DNA of 64,000 nt. Origin: Lingula anatina (lineage: Eukaryota; Animalia; Brachiopoda). The notes below the pieces were generated by a model, which saw only the letters and a list, made by a program, of their open reading frames with translations, was not told the DNA's origin and did not search any database. Location of the stretch: assembly GCA_051362555.1 (NCBI GenBank), contig CM120642.1, positions 20,894,001 through 20,958,000 on the forward strand, given 5' to 3'. This document shows positions 54,064 to 64,000 of the stretch, piece by piece. Positions within the stretch are counted from its first letter, which is position 1. Every line of letters starts with the position of its first letter. Position numbers and translations under genes: made by a program.

Positions 54064-57000
54064 TAATGCTTACTTCCACTTGTGCTATGATTGAAATTAT
54101 AGGTATATAGCTGTACTTGTTTGAAGTGATTATAAGTCTAGGAAGTTATAGATAGCCTATCTGAAGAACTGTAATGTCAGTGATGGTGCCACATGATCAA
54201 ACCATGTAAATGTGGACCTTTCTTTAATACCGAAAAAATAATTGAACATGGTGATGTCCAGGCAAAAACAAGAAAAAAAAAACAGCATGCTGACCTAGCA
54301 CTTTTACACAGACATATGTCACTGTGCCTTGGCTGGTATTGGGTTCACAGGTGGTAAGAAGTAAGTGCAGGGACACCATCCACACGGCTGCTACTGTTGA
54401 ACATTGTAATGATTTGCCAAATAAAGATTTCAAAAACTAAAGGAACTGAATATGATGGAACCTTTTTTATCACATTATACAGAATTTCAGATGGCAGTAA
54501 GAGTTGGAAGGTTTTGCACTTCAGCTTTTCCTTGAATAACATTGTGCCCAAGTTTAATGATTGCTCCCGCCTGTAATGAATCATTGCATGTTGTACTAAG
54601 ACTGTGCATATTGCTATGATATGTACTAAGGAAATATCTAGACAGTAATATTGTCCTACTGACAAAAAAGAATCCCAAGTCACCGGGGAAAATTGAAGAA
54701 TGCTCAGGAGAATATTAATTAATCACATGTTGTCAGATTGCCAAATAAACCACAATTAATGCTTGTCATGATGTTTGTCACTAGCTTTCAGTATAAATAG
54801 TGCTTAAGGAGCATAGCACTGCGTGATTGGGAAAACCAGATATATTTCGGATATTTAGTTCCTGTTCAGATAGAAAAATTTGCACCTTTAATATTTTCAA
54901 AGACCAATAAAGTTTTTGTAGATATGCTGTATTCCTTGTGTAGCATTTGCTTACTTGTAATAAAGAAAAGACCATTTAAATAACATTATGTTCTGTTGAG
55001 AGAAACAGCAAGCCAAAATGGAAAAAGGTCTAGTTAATTAATATTCGTATTATCAGCATTTGCACACAAGATACATTTAAAGATAATATGCTAGTAGTAG
55101 CAAATATAGTTATTATGTCTTGAAAGAGTGCATTTGTTTTTTCATGGATGATAAAACAGCATATAATACATAGAATGGGTTCTAACACACATGCATGCAC
55201 GCACACACAGCACTGTTGAATTTGCTCTCGCGTGATGGCTATTACAACAAGGTGATTTTATTGCTGCTTTATATGGTTGGACTGAACTGCAATCAATATC
55301 ATTATGATAGACGTCTTTTATATTTAGTGATTGAAAGTATCTGGGTAAGAAGTCCACAATATACTCATGCAGTCACATTCTGACTTGTTCTTGTGGACTT
55401 TGAATCAGTTTTGAGTCTGAATAAAAAAATCTGGTCTGATATTCTGACATAGATATAACAGCATTCTGTCAAAGGTGGCAGTGTTGTATGCCTTTATGTC
55501 GCTGGTCTGTATCAGCTGCCTGTAGTTGATGTGCTCATTATATCTACAGTCATTTGTATACATATTGTTAACAATTAAGGTATGTCTATACAGCTTATGG
55601 CATTGTTTGAATCTAATGCTTTTGTGAAGGTAGCACAATAGGTTATCATTTTCCTTGTTCTCCTTATTAATTATCCTCAGCCTTATATAACATGTTACAT
55701 TTAAGAGAACAAGTATAGCATCAGCTACATCAATGAATTGATATTGAAATACTTTTTAGAATTTTTCTTTTTGACTGGGGTTTCCACCAAAGGAAAGGGT
55801 TCTGCACTGTGCAGTAATGGGAAAATTTACATTTTTGGTGCTTTAAAACAGGGAATTTTATATTGTAAAATCAGCATGAAGATACAAACAAGCCATTGAC
55901 TTCCATTTCTCCAACCCTTGTTAACTTTAGGAAACAACTGAACACATGCTTTTATTTTCTTGCAGTTGGTCGGTGGTGAGCTGGACCTTGAAAATAACTT
56001 CATCATACAAGAACCTGAAAATATCAAGCACATGCTGCAACTAGTAGACACATGCAATCCTACTTTACAGGTAGATTATTAAGAGATTTGTTAGATCTTG
56101 TGATCATACTTAGAAGGATAATAACTCTTCGTATGAGATCTATATTTCAAAATGAAAACATTGTGAACAACTCAAAGAAATATGATATGTATTCTGTTTT
56201 ACCACAAAAACGTCAGTTATAGCTAATATACTGATATCTGAGCTTGTCTTTAGACCATGTGACCTCCATTGATGGCTATACTCTGTTATAATCTCATGGA
56301 AATTTAATCAAAAAAAAAACAAACTTAGAAAAAATCAGGGACTAATTTTGAATGTAAAAATGGATTCATTAACCATTGGTAAGTATGGGAAAATTGTTGT
56401 TTACTCCAGCAAAATTCATTTTTTGGCCAAAACGAAGAGTTGTTATCCCTTTAATAGAAGATAAGTAGACATGTTGTTCAGGTAGAATTATGTGTATACC
56501 ATAAGATTGAGCGCTTACATTTTATCAAAGCACAAGGCTTATCAGAGGGAATAAAAACTAAATGAATGATAAAGATATTACTTTTGGCTTATATGTGGAG
56601 AGATGGTGTGTATGTAGTACTAGTGAATGGAAGTAATAGGTTTTACAGAATTAATTTTATGTTTTTGTGATTGTAACATATGTAGTTAAATAATTTTTGT
56701 TACATGTGTGAGAGATGGTTTTTTGGAATGTATGCCATTATATGTTTCTTTTGATATTTATAATAGAAGACTGCACATAGAGTGCAGACTCCAGCAAGTT
56801 AAAATGTTCATGTGCACAGAAGGCTTTGTATTTCTAACAGTTGCAAATAATACCAACAAAATATCTTTCTCAGGCTGAGATATGGAGCATCTTCACCGCC
56901 ATCTTGCGCAAGAGCACACGTAACCTGCAGGCATGCACAGAGGTTGGTCTGATTGAGAAGGCACTGCAGCATTTGCAGGAATCGGATGAAGTGGTGGGAG

Positions 57001-60000
57001 GTGGGTATTCCATCAGATGTGATGTCAAGTGCAGCTTGTTTATAACAATACTGCTACAATAGAGGGCCATAGCTTTCATGGCTTTGTGTGAAGTTTTCTC
57101 TGGTATCTATAACTAGATTCCGTTGCCCAGTCCATTATTTTGTGTTTTTTTATTAGTTTAAAACAGTTCCTAGTATTGAATGTTTTCTCCTAGATCTCCT
57201 CATTGACATGATGGGCGTGTTAGCAAGTTACAGCATCACCGTCAAGGAACTGAAACTGCTGTTTGGATTCCTGAAAGCAAGCAATGGAAAATGGGTGGGT
57301 TTCTGTTTAGAAATTCTAATGAACAACTGGTGGTTCTGTGTAGGTTTAGACTGATCAACAGTATTGCTGAGGATGAGGCTGTCAGTAATTAGTATAGACT
57401 CACTCCTACTGTCAGGTGAATATGTATTAAAGGACACTCCTTGGCATTCTTGTTATTGATATTTAGCAAGCTTTCACTTCATATTTCAGCCTCGGCATGC
57501 TGTCAAGCTGATTTCTGTCTTGAGACACATGCCACAAAGACATGGACCTGACGAGTTCTTCAGCTTTCCAGGGAAGACAGGAGCTGTAAGTTTCACAAAG
57601 AGCTATCTTAACAACAGCGATACGACTATTTGATGTAAAATTCCCTTAGTATAAAATCCTAAGTACAAGTAAAGTTATTGCTCAGCCTTTCTCCTTTCTT
57701 ATTTTCTGCAATAGTCTGCTTCTCCAGAAATTTAACACCCCATTTCCATAGATTTTTAGATCGATCTATCCCTGTGGGGAGTCTCACTAGATTACTGTCA
57801 GCTTGGCCGGCTTAAGCGTCTGTCCCGCCTACTAAAAGCTGTAAGGGGGTAATTAACTATGGTGCCCGCTCGGCTGACTGCAATTTAGCGTGAACCCCCA
57901 GGGAGTTAGGTCGATCTAAAACTTTAACTTTAGATCGATCTAAATCTCTGGGAAAGCACCCTAAAAGTGTAATACTGTATTTTTGTTTTTCAAATTTAGT
58001 GTATAGCACTGCCCCCTATTGCCAAATGGCCATACCAGAATGGCTGGACCTTCTCTACTTGGATCAGGCTGGACCCAGTGTCAGGAGGGAACATAGAGAG
58101 AGAGAAACCATATCTGTACACGTAAGTCTATGGGAATTTACATTGTCTGCTAAGTTAGGAATGCAACCAGTGTTGTTAATGGTTGAAATGTTTTCGATTT
58201 TAAAAGATCCATGGGCTTGTTGATGTTGATATCCACTGAGCATGCCAGTGTAAGAACTGGTGCTGAGAGCAGCATGGGACAAAGATGATCCCTGCAGCTA
58301 CTGGAAGCGGGATAGAAATTTAAAATCGACCTTCTCTGCAACTTCCTTAATATGAAGAAGGTATGCCATGTTAATCTATAATTCATGTTAATCTATAATT
58401 CAGACAAGCTTATTAATAGGTAAAGATATGACAAGCTCTGTATCAGCTGAGTGATATTTCAGTTTCCGTACAGCCAAGGGCCTGGGCTACTCGGCACACT
58501 TCATAGGAAGTGCTCTGGTTATCACCGCCATGAAGATAGCAGGGAAGGGATTCCAGCACTGTGTCAATTTTGAATTTCAACCCAAAAAGGTAAGAATTAT
58601 TTGTTTTACATGAAATATCAAGGATAATTATTTATAAAAAAAATCTGTAATATATTTATTTTTATATGCTTGGAGTGTACCTGCAGTTGTTCTCATGATG
58701 AAACTGGCATTTATCTTAGTGTTTATTTATACTTCCTTAACAATTAAGCTGTATATGTATGTACAGACTACCTGCTTCCAGTGGTACATATGTGTATTAT
58801 ATTACAGACTACGTGCTGGTAGGTATTGTTTCCAGTGGTATATTTATATTGGTATATATTATATACGGTGAATTGTATATTTATATGTATATCACAGACT
58901 ACATGTTCTCTGGTATTATTCCCAGTGGTACATGGTCACTCTGGTCCATGTGTACAGGCTATGGGGGAAGAGTGAAGTCCAAGTGTATGTTGATGGTCAG
59001 ATGGTGTCCACCACAGAGATGTCCTGGTTGGTCAGTGGGAATGAGGTAAGATGGACAGCTGCACTATTGAAAGACAGAACTACCATCTTGATTAAATGCA
59101 CTAATTTTGATTCACTTGTGCTCAGGTCGTGCTGCTAAACCAGATTCCTAGTGAGACAAAATTAAGTGTGTTGTTTTATTAATTTCCACATCTGAGAAAA
59201 TATGTGTAAATATACCCATTGAAATGGATTGTTTTCCAAAGATGTAGTTACTGAGTACGAGACGGTGTGGCAAGAACAGTTTAATCAGTATTCATAGGAA
59301 GAAGCTATAGAATAATGTATGACATTCACACGGCTTGTTGTGTTTTATTTCCAGCCATTCAACAAGTGTTTTATAGGCACCACACATGAGCAGAAAGAAG
59401 AGAGCATGTTCTGTGGTCAGATGTCCACTATCTACATGTTCAGTGAAGCTCTCCAGCCTCAGTACATAGAAGCTATATATCACCTTGGACCAGCATATAA
59501 AGTAATGTTACTCTGCAGATTTGTTTTATTTTTATCAAATTGTTTTTATCTTTAGGTACATGTGAAATAAAAATGACACATCAGTGCTAGCTGTTGTTGA
59601 CTTTGACATATGTTTTCTTTGGATTGCTGCCTATGTGGCATTGAGTTGAAAGTAAGACATACATCTAACAGTCTTGAGACATAATCATAGTGGTAAAAAA
59701 TTGCTCAGAGCAGAACAAAAAACCTGTGGAGTGTATCTTCTTACACTGATTGTCACCTCTTTTCAGAGCCAGTTCCGGTTTACCAATGAATGCGACACTC
59801 AGGGACATGAGGTAAGGCAGAGTTGCTATAACACTAATCTCCACTTCTACACCATCACTTCATACACAATAACACTGTATTGATATTGATGAAAACATTA
59901 CCACCAGTACTTAAAGGTTAAGAAGACTATGAGAAGACAATAATTGTGGGAGTGAACTTATTCAGCAGTTAATGGTGGAGAGAATTTCTATGTATTATTT

Positions 60001-63000
60001 GTTTTCATAGCATCTTCATGATTTTTATTTGATTATTGTTAATTCTTTTTTTATTGGAAAAACATTCCATAACTCCTAGTATATACATGGGTTAAAGTTT
60101 TCAGGATTATCCCTGATTTAAGGTTTTTCAGTCTTCGTGATAATATTTTTCAAATAATGTATATGCAATTGAGAAATTGCAAGCAACGTTTTCAGGATTT
60201 TAAGTTTTTAAAACTTTCACCCATGTATGTATAATGGCTACTTATTTTGCCACTATAGTTGTCATGCAATGAAAAGCCAATAATTGTCAGAGCATGTAAT
60301 GTTTAGGTTGTCATTGGAGGGTTAGCTTGGTTGTAATATAGTCAACATCTGACTGTGATTTCAGATCTTATTTGATGACAAGTTTCACTCCAGTATTGTG
60401 ATGATGTACAACCCTATAGCCTGTGATGGACAGCTCTGCCTGGAGTCCTCGCCTAAAGGAAACTTTTCCATATTTGTCCACACGCCGCACGCTCTCATGT
60501 TAGAGGTACACATTCATTGGGATATTTTTTATCATAATATAATATCTTATAACTTTATTGTTGGCTGTTGCCTTTTAAAGACAGTCTAAAAACCAGTTAC
60601 AATAATATTTAAATTGTCTAACTTGAATATTATTGTAATACAAGAAAAACTATCAGATCTCCAAAGCATTTTACCTGAATTTAATAAAATCACTTATAAT
60701 AATATGATTAAACTATAGAACTGATGACGGTAGAACACTTAGTATAATTGATAGAATCCAAACATAATGTTCCATTTGTTTGTTTTTTTTTTTTTTTTTG
60801 GTCTGTTAGGAACATTATGTGAATAGTTTTGGACAGATTTTGATGGAATTTAAAGAGTGGACCAAAGAATAAATAATCCGAATTTGGTGGTGATCAATAT
60901 CCATCCACCCTATTTATATTGGTAAAACACAGCATTGCACAGGCCCCGTTTGTATATTTTTTCTTTATCCATACTATGACACAGGTGCCATTACCCTTTG
61001 CCCCTCTGGCTTTACATGAATGTTTTAAACTAAGTCAAGACTGGTCCAAAATTTATGATTTATATATTTATTTATTTATTAATAAATATTCTATCCCATT
61101 ATACCACTTTTGCCCACTGTAATCAGTTGACTTCCACAATCAATAACAGTGTGACCCATAATTTTTTCTCCAAGTATATTTTCTAGCCAGGATTATTCAC
61201 TTTTATCTGATGGGAATGTTTGCCAGCACAAGACTAAGATACACAGCTTTAAACTATTAAATTCCTGTACAGCAGATTGTTGGAGTTTGCATGTGTATTT
61301 AAATGTAGTTATAGTAGCCTATATATTTCTAGGGAGTAAAAGCAGTAGTGACCCACTCCATCCACAGCACTCTCCACTCCCTAGGGGGGATACAGGTAAG
61401 ATATATAGTAGAATACAACATCACACATGATACAGGTAATATATATAGTAGAATACAACATCACACATGATACAGGTAAGATATAGTAGAATACAACATC
61501 ACATATGATACAGGTAATATATATAGTAGAATACAACATCACACATGATACAGGTAATATATATAGTAGAATACAACATCACACATGATACAGGTAAGAT
61601 ATAGTAGAATATAACATCACACATGATACAGGTAATATATATAGTAGAATACAACATCACACATGATACAGGTAAGATATAGTAGAATACAACATCACAC
61701 ATGATACAGGTAATATATAATACAATACAACATCACACATGATACAGGTAATATATAATACAATACAACATCACACATGATACAGGTAAGATATAGTAGA
61801 ATACAACATCACACATGATACAGGTAAGATATATAGTAGAATACAACATCACACATGATACAGGTAAGATATATAGTAGAATACAACATCACACATGATA
61901 CAGGTAATATATATAGTAGAATACAACATCACACATGATACAGGTAAGATATAGTAGAATACAACATCACACATGATACAGGTAAGATATATAGTAGAAT
62001 ACAACATCACACATGATACAGGTAATATATATAGTAGAATACAACATCACACATGATACAGGTAATATATATAGTAGAATACAACATCACACATGATACA
62101 GGTAATATATATAGTAGAATACAACATCACACATGATACAGGTAAGATATAGTAGAATACAACATCACACATGATACAGGTAAGATATAGTAGAATACAA
62201 CATCACACATGATACAGGTAAGATATAGTAGAATACAACATCACACATGATACAGGTAAGATATAGTAGAATACAACATCACACATGATACAGGTAAGAT
62301 ATATAGTAGAATACAACATCACACATGATACAGGTAATATATAGTAGAATACAACATCACACATGATACAGGTAAGATATAGTAGAATACAACATCACAC
62401 ATGATACAGGTAAGGTATAGTGGAATACAACATCACACATGTTACATTTTACACTCTTCATCCATCATTAGAGTATCATCAGCAAGTCACATATGGTAAT
62501 ACAAATTTTACATTTGAAAAGCAAAAGTAAAATTACATGTGAGTTTTCTTCCAGACCCTGTTCCCACTGTTTGGTCAGTTAGACTGCGTACAGGAGAGTG
62601 CCAGTGAGGAGGAGAAAGTAGATCACACAGTCTGGTAAGCTGGAAGTACTACAGACATGGAGATATTTTATTTGATTTGATGTTTATCTTCATTATTGTC
62701 AATTTTTTACATAGATAACTTAGCTTCAAATGGATAAATACAGGTATTTTAGAGGGTAATTCAATTGTTGTTAAAATGATGTCAATATTTTGATCATTAA
62801 CTAAACAGCAGTGATATTTATTAGACTACTAAATGTGGATTAGAAAATTAAGCTTTTTATCATTGGATGTTATTGTCAATTAACATTGTCGCTAAATGTT
62901 AATTACTTTTTAAAACTGTCTTTTGGGTTAGATTGTTGATGTGATTGTGGGTCGTCTTCTTCAGCTCCACACTTTTGGCCCTCCTTTGTGACTTACTAGA

Positions 63001-63073
63001 GAGCTCTGTGACTATCCAGCAGCAGATGTTACAGAACAGAGGTTTTCTGGTGATAAGTTACTTGCTGGAGAAG
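49783..63073 (+). CDS. NBEA: Neurobeachin/LRBA (rugose) ortholog, N-terminal 14 exons; continues beyond the window
   Basis: Exons 49783-49953 ([17 protein letters not shown]), 55966-56070 ([15 protein letters not shown]), 56874-57000 ([27 protein letters not shown]), 57194-57294 ([12 protein letters not shown]), 57490-57585 ([11 protein letters not shown]), 58000-58121 ([17 protein letters not shown]), 58463-58589, 58926-59045, 59355-59501, 59767-59811, 60365-60505 ([17 protein letters not shown]), 61333-61395 (HSLGGIQ), 62555-62634, 62965-63073. These match the NBEA/LRBA N-terminus and ConA-like region. Confidence 0.95.
54009..54060. repeat. (AC)n microsatellite
   Basis: Read directly. Confidence 0.95.
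57738..57962. mobile_element. Hairpin MITE in neurobeachin intron 5
   Basis: TAGATCGATCTA at both ends; CCCTGTGGGGAGTCTCACTAGATTACTGTCAGC pairs imperfectly with GCTGACTGCAATTTAGCGTGAACCCCCAGGG. Confidence 0.65.
61389..62441 (+). repeat. Minisatellite, about 27 copies of a 38-40 bp unit containing the exon-12 splice donor
   Basis: Unit GATACAG|GTAA(G/T)ATAT(AT)AGTAGAATACAACATCACACAT. The first copy overlaps the last 7 nt of exon 61333-61395. Confidence 0.97.
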
Positions 63074-63105
63074 GTAGGTGGCAGGGGTATCTGTAGGTTA
63101 CAAAA

Positions 63106-63108
<3 letters not shown>

Positions 63109-63201
<93 letters not shown>
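63109..63201. repeat. (AC)n microsatellite
   Basis: Read directly. Confidence 0.95.
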
Positions 63202-63202
<1 letters not shown>

Positions 63203-64000
63203 TCAGAAACTTGATGTTCATTTAAAAATAACCTTATCAGCAACTATAATATCCATTCTCTTCACTAATGTAGCATTTGGTGAAAGTGGATTTCTAACTC
63301 TTTACCTGTGTCACATTGCTATTGCTATTGGAGTATGGTAGTAATAAGGTACATGGTCAGGGTTTGATATTCAAAATGTATCTGATTTAAATACGGTTGG
63401 AAACCTGAAAATTAAGTGCTTTGCTTCTATATTAAAATATGCTGGTTCCATTAGGTCACCACCTACATGTACATGTATTTCTGTGCATTTCTTTCCATTT
63501 AATTTTGCAATTCAGTAATGGCACAAAAATTCTGAGGCAGAGGACATGTATGTTATAACTTGTAGCTCTTCCCAGGCTACGTATAGCATAACTGACATCT
63601 TTAGGCACAGGGTGGCTGTGACTGTCAACTACTTCTTTACTAGCTAGAATCAGGAGACGTATATATGCCATTAGAATTCACTGATTCAGTAGCCTGTGAT
63701 TTAGATATAGATTCCTTATTTGAAAATTAGACCAGTGTAGGGAATTAGAATATAAATTGACCAGTAAGATTGGCTTATTGTCAGCATTTAGTATATTGAA
63801 TACAAACAAGTTAAATTTTCCATAACTGTGATATTAGCATATATGATACAATGGCAGTGTAACAAATGTGTATATAATTCCCAATGTTTTCACCAGGCAA
63901 TAGTGAGGTCCTCTGAAACCTGTGATGCAGTAAGTATGCAGTTATAACTGCAGTTTGGTTGGACACTGTACACCGTGCTATTTGCATGCGGTTGCAGTGG

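Noticed and set aside
49954-55965. Nested gene (such as mab-21, known inside NBEA/LRBA introns) in the 6-kb first intron
   Set aside because: No long ORF or recognisable motif. The known nesting intron is further 3', outside this window.
61389-62441. CRISPR-like array
   Set aside because: Units are contiguous with no unique spacers, there are no cas genes, and the array lies in a eukaryotic intron.
62945-63341. ORFs with HT/CV dipeptide runs (also 45031-45264, 53860-54060, 36231-36572)
   Set aside because: Translations of microsatellites; only 62965-63073 is a real exon.

Overview
AT-rich, intron-containing animal genomic DNA (invertebrate, probably lophotrochozoan/mollusc-like; this is an inference and the species cannot be named). 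Four protein-coding genes were assembled by hand from GT-AG exons. (1) The 3' end of a receptor-type protein tyrosine phosphatase (PTP)-like gene, + strand, 1298-3785. (2) A complete 20-exon paralog, + strand, 21975-38349, about 733 aa, with a tiny ectodomain, one transmembrane segment and two PTP domains that both lack the catalytic cysteine. (3) A complete group-1B (SEPT6-type) septin, - strand, 41141-49425. (4) The 5' part of a neurobeachin/LRBA gene, + strand, from 49783, head-to-head with the septin. The region from 4.3 to 36.6 kb is dense in DNA transposons: two inverted dead Tc1 copies, nested TIR elements whose empty target sites are also in the window, a concentric set of foldback repeats, MITEs and an RTE LINE fragment. 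The most notable items are the tandem receptor pseudophosphatases, a 27-copy minisatellite built from a neurobeachin splice donor, and the concentric inverted repeats at 5-11.6 kb. All exon models are manual and lack transcript support.
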